A stretch of 64,000 bases of DNA from Candidatus Nanoarchaeia archaeon. GTDB taxonomy: Archaea; Nanobdellota; Nanobdellia; WJKC01. The DNA lies in NCBI GenBank assembly GCA_041653515.1, contig JBAZFG010000002.1, positions 125,632 through 189,631 on the forward strand, written 5' to 3'. The notes beneath the pieces are model-generated. The model was not told the origin of the DNA, ran no database searches, and was given only the letters and a program-made list of their open reading frames with translations. This document shows positions 56,824 through 64,000 of this stretch, piece by piece. How positions within the stretch are numbered: the first letter of the stretch is position 1; each line of letters begins with the position of its first letter. The translations under genes and the position numbers were made by a program.

Positions 56824-57300
56824 TTAAATAATATATTTCTCAAACAAGTTGCCTGGTCCTTTACTTGTTTTATAAAGCGTGTGTTTTTTTAGCCAATTAA
56901 TTAAGTTCATAGTTTTCTTATTATTAGTTAAGTGCAAGCCCCATGTTGATGGGTCACAAATGTATTCTTCTTCTTGATAAGTAAATTTATTCCAAACGTG
57001 ACTTAATGGTTCATTAAAGAACTCATTTGTAAGTAAGTAATTTCTGCCTTCAATGATTTTATTGTAAGCTTTACCCATTATCATAATTGTTTTAAATTGT
57101 TTATTCTCTGATAAGACGTTGTTTAGGAATTGTGCGAAGTGATTGCATAAACCTCCTTTATTTATGAATTCATTAGTGGTGGTTTCCCAATTATTTGGCG
57201 CGCAATAAGGGATATTAGCAATCGTTTCTTCAAGAAATAATTCTAATTCCTTTATGTTATTTATTTTTTTATGATAAGTGTTGTCAATTATATCATTCAT
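56824..57300 (-). CDS. Small transglutaminase-like (Cys-His-Asp) fold protein (tentative)
   Basis: GGLCNHFAQFLNNVL ... SHVWNKF ... ICDPS matches the order and spacing of the C/H/D triad of transglutaminase-like peptidases. Confidence 0.4.
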   Translation of the reverse strand: MNDIIDNTYHKKINNIKELELFLEETIANIPYCAPNNWETTTNEFINKGGLCNHFAQFLNNVLSENKQFKTIMIMGKAYNKIIEGRNYLLTNEFFNEPLSHVWNKFTYQEEEYICDPSTWGLHLTNNKKTMNLINWLKKHTLYKTSKGPGNLFEKYII

Positions 57301-57336
57301 GTTAAATTAACTTTTTTTTAGTATTTTTAAAGTTTT

Positions 57337-57488
57337 TTAGAAATCACTGAGTTTTTTCTGCTTAGTCCCTAACCGCAGGGAGGGGTGACCCCTCCCTTCA
57401 GTTTTAGGGTAATCCTGATTCCCACCCCCCTACGATTGTAATTATGCCAGAGACATGTTAGAAATCACTGAGTTTTTTCTGCTTAGTC
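57337..57488 (+). repeat. GC-hairpin element copy A (57368-57457), bracketed by 31-bp direct repeats (57337-57367 and 57458-57488)
   Basis: ttagaaatcactgagttttttctgcttagtc occurs twice, identically. The right copy is the last 31 nt (stop codon included) of nucS. The core aaccgcagggaggggtgacccctcccttcagttttagggtaatcctgattccc lies at 57371-57423. Confidence 0.85.
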
Positions 57489-58210
57489 TTATCAACTATG
57501 TTCCTGTTTGGTGGTTCTACTTGGCAGAACTTAAAGCTCCAGTCATGGAGCATTTGTTCAGCGTTCTTAGTGATGCCTGGCGCTGCGATGTAACCAATGA
57601 CTTTGTCAATTCCTTTAGCTGCCTTGATTCTCTCAACGTAGCGCCTTAGTTGTTGGACCGCGCTAAGCCCGGCAGTCACTCGCTTACACTCAATAATTAT
57701 TAATGCTCCTTCACCATCATGGCCCATCACGTCAATAAAACCATATTTTGTTTGTTCTTCAAGGCTGACTGGCCTAAAGTCAATGCTAATAATATGTGGG
57801 TGCTCATAAATCATGCGCGCCATGTCAGCTTCACTGCCCATAATCATTACTTCTTCATCATCGCTTAGTTGGCCTGAGATTAGTAAGTCAATGCTGGTTA
57901 TTTTAATGACCATTTGTTCTCTTGGGTTGATTGATTCAGCAGTGATGAATAATGAGTCGCCAGCTTCAACCCTGATGCTCGCGCCTTCTTTTATCCAGTT
58001 AACTGGGTTCCTGCCTGTTGGTTTGTGAACTAATAGTGTTTTGTCTGTTTTGATGGTGACTGCCCTGCCGCCCCGCTCGAGCTTTGAGTAAGCCCTGCCT
58101 TCATACTTAACCTCGCACTCGCAGTAAAGTGTGATTAACTCGTTTCGCTTGAGTGCTTGGTCTAATACGTTCTTGGTTGTATCAAAATCAGGTTTAACAT
58201 AATTGCTCAT
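57458..58210 (-). CDS. nucS: NucS/EndoMS mismatch-specific endonuclease
   Basis: C-terminal RecB-like nuclease block IDVMGHDGEGALIIIECKR...AVQQLRRYV; 250 aa. Confidence 0.85.
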   Translation of the reverse strand: MSNYVKPDFDTTKNVLDQALKRNELITLYCECEVKYEGRAYSKLERGGRAVTIKTDKTLLVHKPTGRNPVNWIKEGASIRVEAGDSLFITAESINPREQMVIKITSIDLLISGQLSDDEEVMIMGSEADMARMIYEHPHIISIDFRPVSLEEQTKYGFIDVMGHDGEGALIIIECKRVTAGLSAVQQLRRYVERIKAAKGIDKVIGYIAAPGITKNAEQMLHDWSFKFCQVEPPNRNIVDKTKQKKLSDF

Positions 58211-58239
58211 CTAATTCTTTATCTCGATACACATATAAA

Positions 58240-58647
58240 TTGATTTTGTTATCTTTATTATTCATGGAAGTTATTGTTGACATTTTTGATCCTAGCAAAC
58301 AGGAGTTCATTATTGGTGACCGTAGATTACCAAGCTACTTTGTTGGTAATGTAATTGGTCATTTAAAGGGTTATAAATTGTTAGGGGATGATAGTGTCCA
58401 GCAGATGCTTCCGTTACTTAATGAAATTGAATTAAATATGTATAAAACGCTTGATGATAAAACTACTCAATTAAGATTCTTGGCTTCTAAGCTGGTTGAG
58501 AAATTAACTTTTTTTGGCTCATATGACGAGCGAGTTATTATCTTAGAGGATTTCATTAACTCTGAATGTGATATGTATGTTAAGAAATTAAGGATTGATG
58601 ACCAGACTAAGAAAGAGTTAAAGCGCTTAATGGCTCTTACTCGATAA
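58240..58647 (+). CDS. Hypothetical protein
   Basis: Intact ORF. The likely start is the ATG at 58264, which places a TATA-like box (58233-58240) ~27 nt from both divergent starts. Confidence 0.4.
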   Translation: MILLSLLFMEVIVDIFDPSKQEFIIGDRRLPSYFVGNVIGHLKGYKLLGDDSVQQMLPLLNEIELNMYKTLDDKTTQLRFLASKLVEKLTFFGSYDERVIILEDFINSECDMYVKKLRIDDQTKKELKRLMALTR

Positions 58648-61456
58648 GTATTCCTGGTTTGCATGGCATTGCTTTCGGGTTATCTGCTTTGACTACATCA
58701 ACTTCTGTGTTATACTCTTGTTCAAGGAATTTGATTGCTTCGTTTAGTGATTGGTACTCACCATTCCTGTCTGGCGCGCTTAATGGCACGCGGCTTGGGT
58801 TCCTGATTAATGACTGGATGATGCCTGTCGCGTCCTTGGCGTGAGCTTTGACTGAAGCGTTCTTTAAGGCATTAGTAATTAATTCTTTTAAGTCATGCTT
58901 GTTCTTTGACTTAACCACTGATTTGTATAAGTCATACTTCCATTGGTCAGCGATGAATAATGTTATCTTTTTTGGTTTTGTTTTTATTATGCTTAATAAA
59001 CCATTAATGTCCTTGATTGTGTTCATTATTATTGATTCGTTCTGCTCAATTGATTGGTTAATCATTGATTCATTGATTTTTGGGAATCGGGCTAGTGAGA
59101 CAAACCCTTTGTTAATTTTGCTCCAAGCCTCCTCGCAGATGTGGGGTATTAATGGCTCGAGTGCTATCAGCCAGTCAGCTAGGAAAGTCCTGATTACACT
59201 ATTAAATTGTTGCGCGCTCACTCTTTTCTTGTAGTAGTTAAGCTCGTTCATGAACTCAAAGAAAATGTTAATTGCGTAAGGCCTAATCATGATATTACAT
59301 CCCTGCTCGTAAGCTTCTTTTATTCTTGAGTAAAAACGGCTGGTAATCCACTTGTCGATGCTGGTTAATTTCTTGGCTGGCAGCGCTTTACTTGCTGTCA
59401 GCACTAGATTAGCAAAATTAGTTATTTTTGTTTTGACGCTGGCAACCTCGTTCTCGCGCCAGTCAACTACTGAGTCAATGTCGCTTGAGCTTAATAAGAA
59501 CATTCTTAGTAAGTCAGCGCTGTACTTTTCAGCTACTTCAGCTAATGGTATAACGTTGCCTTTGCTCTTACTCATCTTAACCCCTTCGCGGATGACCATT
59601 TCGTTGAAACTTATTTCTTTTGGCCAGTACTTTTTGGGGAATATCTTGGTGTGGTGGAATAAGAAGAATGTTAGGTGGTTGCTGATGTGTGCTGGCGCAG
59701 TGTGGCGGTGGTCAAGTGGGTACCAATAAGTGAAATCTTCACGCATCTCACGCGCCCATTTAACTTTAAACTCACCTTTACCTAGGAATACATAATCAAA
59801 TAATTCAGGGGTTAATTGTTCTGGTTTTATTTTCTCGCGGTGAATAATGTTAATGATTGTGTAAAATGCCATGTAAATCGTTGAGTCGCTTAAGCTTTCA
59901 ATAACCCACTTGTCATCATAAGGCAGTTTTGTGCCTAAGCCTCTTTTGCGCGCGCAAGGTCTTTTCTCAAGCCAGTCAACCGTGTCAATGAATGACTTGC
60001 GGTACTTGTCAGGTATTATTGTCATATCATTAATTAATCTTCTAGTCTTGTCTTTCCATTCTTTGCTTGTGTAATCAAGGAACCATTGATCGTTAAGCAC
60101 TGCCACTATTACCTTGCCAGTGCAACGGCACTCAGCTTTGCGGCTGGTCTCGTAGAATGTGAAAGCGTCGCCTTGGCTTATTAGTTTGTTCCTGACACGG
60201 TCTTTAATTTCATTTATCTTGAGTCCTTTGAATTCAGCGCACTTTTCATTAAGCACTCCTTTGTAGAATTCATCTTTGTAAACCCTCTTGGTTGCTTGTT
60301 CTATTAGTTCCTTGTTGCGTTGGTTTTTAACGCCTAATTTGTTAATCATTTCAACTGCAGGTTCATTGCTGTAACCCTCAATGTTAATGATTGTTATTGG
60401 CTTAATTGACTTGATTTCCTTACTGTCAAGCCCGTAATCAGTTATGCCCTTGCTATCATTTTGCAAGTCTCTTAATGCTGCGTAATCAAACGGTGCGTGG
60501 GCTGGCACTGAGTAAACAATGCCTGTGGCCACGTCTGGGTCAACGAACTGACCTGGAAGTATTGGTACTTCAGTTCCTAATGGGGTGGTGACGTGTTTGC
60601 CTATTAGCTCTGTGCCAGCTAGTTCCCTTGTTTTCTTTAATCCTGTTTGCTGGTATTTTAATTTGTTGAATGCTTCAACGCTTATGATTAAGTTATTATT
60701 AGTCTCAACGTACAATGATTCAGGGTTAACCCATAAGTTAGTAATGCCATAAATTGTTTCAGGCCTTAGTGTACCTGCTACTAATTGTTTGCTGCCTAAA
60801 TCGAATTTGATTGCAGTGAACTCATTAATGCTTACTTTATCAGCGTCACCATCCTTAATATCATCCTCGCCAACAGCGTTGTCACAGTTAACACAGAAAT
60901 TAATTGGGTAACTACCCTGGGTTAATGCTTTGCCTTGTTTTAGTTTTTTAAACTGCCATTCAATAAATTTATTGTACTCTTTGTCGCCAGTGGTGAATTG
61001 TCTTGTCCAATCAACGCTGACCCCAATACTCTCAAAGTCTTGTCTGATAACGCTGGCGAAGTGCTTGGCAACGTTCATTGGTTCCTTGAATGACTCAATT
61101 ATCTTCTTGACTTTACTTTCATCTTTTTCTCTTAAGCGGACGTAATTAGTGAATAACTCGATGTAATTCTTATCACCTTTCCTTATGCGGTCGCTGATAG
61201 CTAATATTGGCGTGCCTGAGATGTGATAAGCCATGGGCCATAAGACATTATAACCTTGCTTTCGCTTGAAGCGCGCAATGAAGTCGCCGATACTGTAAGT
61301 CCTGCCGTGGCCAATATGGTAAGGGCCACTGGTATATGGGTATGGTACTGTGAAGAAATACTTCTTGCCTGTTTTTTTGGGCTCAAAGATTTTATCCTTA
61401 ACCCATTGCTTCTGCCACTTACGCTCTATTTTAGATAAATCCATCTTGTTAATCAC
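58637..61456 (-). CDS. leuS: Leucyl-tRNA synthetase (archaeal type)
   Basis: HIGH motif PYHIGHGRTY, KMSKSKGN, and a CP1 editing-domain insertion. The likely start is the ATG at 61444 (MDLSKIERKWQ). Confidence 0.95.
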   Translation of the reverse strand: MINKMDLSKIERKWQKQWVKDKIFEPKKTGKKYFFTVPYPYTSGPYHIGHGRTYSIGDFIARFKRKQGYNVLWPMAYHISGTPILAISDRIRKGDKNYIELFTNYVRLREKDESKVKKIIESFKEPMNVAKHFASVIRQDFESIGVSVDWTRQFTTGDKEYNKFIEWQFKKLKQGKALTQGSYPINFCVNCDNAVGEDDIKDGDADKVSINEFTAIKFDLGSKQLVAGTLRPETIYGITNLWVNPESLYVETNNNLIISVEAFNKLKYQQTGLKKTRELAGTELIGKHVTTPLGTEVPILPGQFVDPDVATGIVYSVPAHAPFDYAALRDLQNDSKGITDYGLDSKEIKSIKPITIINIEGYSNEPAVEMINKLGVKNQRNKELIEQATKRVYKDEFYKGVLNEKCAEFKGLKINEIKDRVRNKLISQGDAFTFYETSRKAECRCTGKVIVAVLNDQWFLDYTSKEWKDKTRRLINDMTIIPDKYRKSFIDTVDWLEKRPCARKRGLGTKLPYDDKWVIESLSDSTIYMAFYTIINIIHREKIKPEQLTPELFDYVFLGKGEFKVKWAREMREDFTYWYPLDHRHTAPAHISNHLTFFLFHHTKIFPKKYWPKEISFNEMVIREGVKMSKSKGNVIPLAEVAEKYSADLLRMFLLSSSDIDSVVDWRENEVASVKTKITNFANLVLTASKALPAKKLTSIDKWITSRFYSRIKEAYEQGCNIMIRPYAINIFFEFMNELNYYKKRVSAQQFNSVIRTFLADWLIALEPLIPHICEEAWSKINKGFVSLARFPKINESMINQSIEQNESIIMNTIKDINGLLSIIKTKPKKITLFIADQWKYDLYKSVVKSKNKHDLKELITNALKNASVKAHAKDATGIIQSLIRNPSRVPLSAPDRNGEYQSLNEAIKFLEQEYNTEVDVVKADNPKAMPCKPGILIE

Positions 61457-61545
61457 TTATTAACTCCTCTTTTTTTAACGTTGCGTAATTATTATCGCAT
61501 TATTTTTTTAAGATTTTTCCCAAGAAGACTTTAAATAATCCTAAT

Positions 61546-62748
61546 GTGTGTTCATTATTCATGCGCAATAATCTTAATAATTTCTTTGTTGAGCGCGTGA
61601 AGCACTTTAAGCACATGGCTTCATTATCCAATACTTTTTTCTTTTACTTGTTCGCCTGGGGTCTAGTCACGCCAATATTTAATATTCATATTAATGAAGT
61701 GACTAATTCACTTTTCTTGTCCGGCATTATCTTTTCTGTGTTTGGTTTTGCTAGAATATTTTTTGACCCGTCAATCGGTTTGTTATGCGACCGCGTTAAC
61801 CCTAAGAGATTATTGCAGGGTAGTCTATTGTCTTATACATTAATATTTTTCTTATACACGATTGCTAATAATTTTTATTTATTATTAATCGTGCGAGTAT
61901 TGCACGCAATTGCTTGTGCCATGCTCTGGATTTCTGGTTGGACTTTAGTTAGATTAAAGAGTAAAGGTAATTCTGCTCAGGAAGAGATTAGTGTTTGGTA
62001 CTCAGTTCAGTACATTGCTTATGTTATTGCTCCTTTAATTGGTGGCTCGTTGATAACAATGTTTTCGTGGCAACCTGTTTATTACTTAGCGTCAATAACT
62101 GCTTTTATTGCTTTTGTTTACGCTTCAATTAATGTTAAGAGTGTTCATACAAGTAATAATAGTAAGAAGCGGTTTAGGGATTTATGGCACCAGTTCTTCA
62201 TAAATAAATCATCATCAATTAGGCTAGTATTATTAACATTCCTTGAAATATTAATCGTGATTGGTTTCTATGAGTTCATGCCATTATTATTAGATCAGGC
62301 TGGGCTTAATATTGAGGAGATTAGCGTTGTGTTTGCTTTGGCTTATACTACCCCATTTATTTTATTCCCAGTAATTATTGGAGTTATTAGTGATAAGTAT
62401 GGTCGCAAAATACCAACTGCTATTGGTTTGATAATCATTAGCTTTGGGTTATTATTGTTCTGCAACGCCAGTACTTTTACTCAATTCCTGTTTTATACTT
62501 TCATTATTGTTACTGGTGATGCGTTTGTTAACTTAAGTTTTAACGCAGAGCTTAATGATATGACACCAAAAAACAGTGCTGGTGGTTTTACTGGTATTTT
62601 TGAGATGATTAAGGATTTGGCTGTGGCCATCGGCCCGTTGTTAGTTGGTGTTTTAAGTGCTGTAACTAATATTTCATTTGCTTTTATAATAATGAGTGTG
62701 ATGTCATTAGGCACTATATTAGTGCTTAAAGGGTTTAAGAATTTCTAA
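61546..62748 (+). CDS. MFS transporter
   Basis: Twelve TM segments. Motif A-like GLLCDRVNPKR and GVISDKYGRK in the two halves. The likely start is the ATG at 61561. Confidence 0.8.
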   Translation: MCSLFMRNNLNNFFVERVKHFKHMASLSNTFFFYLFAWGLVTPIFNIHINEVTNSLFLSGIIFSVFGFARIFFDPSIGLLCDRVNPKRLLQGSLLSYTLIFFLYTIANNFYLLLIVRVLHAIACAMLWISGWTLVRLKSKGNSAQEEISVWYSVQYIAYVIAPLIGGSLITMFSWQPVYYLASITAFIAFVYASINVKSVHTSNNSKKRFRDLWHQFFINKSSSIRLVLLTFLEILIVIGFYEFMPLLLDQAGLNIEEISVVFALAYTTPFILFPVIIGVISDKYGRKIPTAIGLIIISFGLLLFCNASTFTQFLFYTFIIVTGDAFVNLSFNAELNDMTPKNSAGGFTGIFEMIKDLAVAIGPLLVGVLSAVTNISFAFIIMSVMSLGTILVLKGFKNF

Positions 62749-62791
62749 AAGCAAGCCTTAAAAAGTAATTAATTCTTTTCTAAATATTAGT

Positions 62792-62935
62792 GGGCCCGTA
62801 GCGCAGTTTGGATAGCGCGACAGGCTTCTACACTCGACGCTTCGCGTCTCGTTCCGTCCTTCGGACGGCCGCTCGCTTAAAACGAGCGGGGGTGAGGATA
62901 CCTGTAGGTCGTGGGTTCAAATCCCTCCGGGCTCG
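62792..62935 (+). tRNA. tRNA-Arg (anticodon UCU) with a 69-nt intron at the canonical 37/38 position
   Basis: Acceptor GGGCCCG/CGGGCTC, D arm GCGC-agtttggata-GCGC, anticodon stem ACAGG/CCTGT with loop ct-TCT-a, T arm GTGGG-ttcaaat-CCCTC. Exon 1 is 62792-62830, the intron 62831-62899 and exon 2 62900-62935. No encoded CCA. Confidence 0.85.
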
Positions 62936-63077
62936 CACGAAAACCGCAGGGAGGGGAGACCCCTCCCTTCAGTTCATCTCCTGATTCCCACCTCCTTGAC
63001 AATTTGCGCCAGGGGTGCTGAAATATTAATCTGCACGAAGTTTTGGATGATTAGTCCAATTTACTCCGGGCTCACAC
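62925..63077 (+). repeat. GC-hairpin element copy B, bracketed by the tRNA 3' end and a 13/14-nt copy of it
   Basis: ctccgggctcgcac (62925-62938) is repeated as ctccgggctcacac (63064-63077). The core aaccgcagggaggggagacccctcccttcagttcatctcctgattccc lies at 62942-62989. Confidence 0.8.
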
Positions 63078-63179
63078 TCAAACTCGGCTACGCCTCGTTT
63101 TCGTTCTGTTTCGCTAGAAGGCTTGTTGTTTTTTAGAGCTACAAACTTATAATTATTAATTGCATTGTTTTTTAACTGG

Positions 63180-64000
63180 ATGAAAGTTGTTGAGCAGTTT
63201 CTTGGTAGTAAGAAAGGTGACTTATCTGTTTGTGAGGATAATTTAATATTATCTAATCGTTATATTGGCGTTGTTGATGGTGGGACTGATAAGTCTGGGC
63301 TTGATTGGGGTGGTCAGCTTGGCGGTAAATTATTATCTGATTTAGTGAAGCGCGTTTTTGAGACTAATGACTTGCCTGTTGATAAGATTGAAGCTTTAAT
63401 TAGAACTGAGTTCGGGCGCTTGGCTCGTGGGTTTGGCATTGATTTGGGCAATAAGTTTAACTTACCTGATGCTGCGTTGGTTGTTTATGATAGTGTTAAG
63501 CAGTTGGTTTATTATGTTGGTGATTGCAAGCTGCGTTTTGTTTATGATGATGGTTCATTAAGCGAGCAATTAATCCCTGAGTTAAAGATTGATTTGATTA
63601 ATGCTTCCTTGCGCAAAGCAGTTATTGACTCATTTAAGCAGTTAGGCTTTGACCCGTTTAAGGGTGGTTTTGATTATGGTCGCGAGTTCATTAAGCCATT
63701 ATTATTAAAGCAGTCATTGCTAGCTAACTCTAAGCAGGTTGGTGAGTGGTTTATGGGTATTCCTTACGAGTTAGTTAAGTTTAGTATTATCAATGGTGTT
63801 GATAAGATAGTTTTTAATGAGTTAAGAGTGCCTAAGAATGTTAGTCAGTTAATAATGGGTTCTGATGGTTTTATTGAATTGAAGCGGACGTTAAAGCAGA
63901 GTCTTAATCATTTGAAAAAGACAATAAGTATTGACCCTCATCGGTGCGGCAAGTACCCGTCAACCAAAGGGGTTAGTCAGGGGATGGCTTATCCTGATGA
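63180..64000 (+). CDS. 5'-partial view of an ORF running off the window end; weak PP2C/SpoIIE-like hints
   Basis: Open frame from ATG 63180 to the window end (273 codons, translated by hand). GVVDGGTDKSG and LIMGSDGF resemble PP2C-type metal-binding blocks. Absent from the ORF track because it has no stop. Confidence 0.5.
   Translation, partial: MKVVEQFLGSKKGDLSVCEDNLILSNRYIGVVDGGTDKSGLDWGGQLGGKLLSDLVKRVFETNDLPVDKIEALIRTEFGRLARGFGIDLGNKFNLPDAALVVYDSVKQLVYYVGDCKLRFVYDDGSLSEQLIPELKIDLINASLRKAVIDSFKQLGFDPFKGGFDYGREFIKPLLLKQSLLANSKQVGEWFMGIPYELVKFSIINGVDKIVFNELRVPKNVSQLIMGSDGFIELKRTLKQSLNHLKKTISIDPHRCGKYPSTKGVSQGMAYPD

Noticed and set aside
57455-57649. A 64-aa plus-strand ORF starting at the edge of hairpin element A and running antisense into nucS.
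   Set aside because: It lies antisense to a strongly supported nucS reading frame and has no motif. Its ATG simply falls in the element/repeat junction.
62831-62899. C/D-box sRNA encoded in the tRNA intron, as in some euryarchaeal tRNA-Trp introns.
   Set aside because: No RUGAUGA / CUGA box pair with suitable spacing is present. gtgagga is the nearest C-box-like string.
63077-63115. The sequence after the downstream tRNA-end repeat (acactcaaactcggctacgcctcgttttcgttctgtttcg) resembles the anticodon-loop/intron start (acactcgacgcttcgcgtctcgttccgtccttcg). This suggested a decayed tRNA pseudogene.
   Set aside because: The alignment needs several indels and identity is low outside acactc and ctcgtt. 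It is too weak to call without a statistical alignment, and is noted only as a lead.

Overview
Archaeal chromosomal window. Evidence: Orc1/Cdc6, FEN1, NucS, aEF-1beta, eS17, AglB/STT3 and an intron-containing tRNA. The genome is AT-rich and very tightly packed; a DPANN-like small-genome lineage is my inference only. Positions ~1-43,000 form one very large surface-glycan / N-glycosylation supercluster. It holds two AglB (STT3) paralogues, a GlcNAc-1-P transferase, and four NDP-sugar pyrophosphorylases (one fused to a ribbon-helix-helix domain). It also holds PMM/PGM, a GHMP sugar kinase, a UDP-GlcNAc 2-epimerase-like gene and a Wzx-like flippase. Transferases comprise four intact GT4 genes plus one decayed GT4 duplicate, two GT2 genes, and five GT-C-like polytopic membrane proteins. 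Four radical SAM enzymes (two with clear B12-binding domains, one SPASM), two DUF362 proteins and a GH99-like hydrolase complete it. Positions ~43,000-64,000 are mostly housekeeping. They encode cdc6, fen1, aEF-1beta with its Zn-ribbon partner, R15P isomerase + AMP phosphorylase, eS17, TrpRS, LeuRS, NucS, an amidohydrolase, an MFS transporter and tRNA-Arg(UCU) with a 69-nt intron. AT-rich orphan genes are interspersed. The observations most worth follow-up are listed here. (1) A dispersed family of ~55-90 nt GC-hairpin elements occurs at three loci next to gene 3' ends. Two copies are bracketed by direct duplications of the host gene's 3' end (31 bp of nucS, 13-14 nt of the tRNA). (2) A 2.2-kb cassette (NUDIX, tiny ORF, B12-radical SAM) is bracketed by ~70-nt direct repeats derived from the 5' end of a GT-C gene. 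(3) A radical-SAM/SPASM + DUF362-ferredoxin + GH99-like module is embedded among the glycosyltransferases. (4) One sugar nucleotidyltransferase is fused to an RHH domain. (5) Genome architecture is highly constrained: divergent genes share a single TATA-like box ~27-28 nt from both start codons, and nearly all convergent pairs overlap, four of them by a shared TTAA. No CRISPR array, rRNA or intact transposase/integrase was seen.
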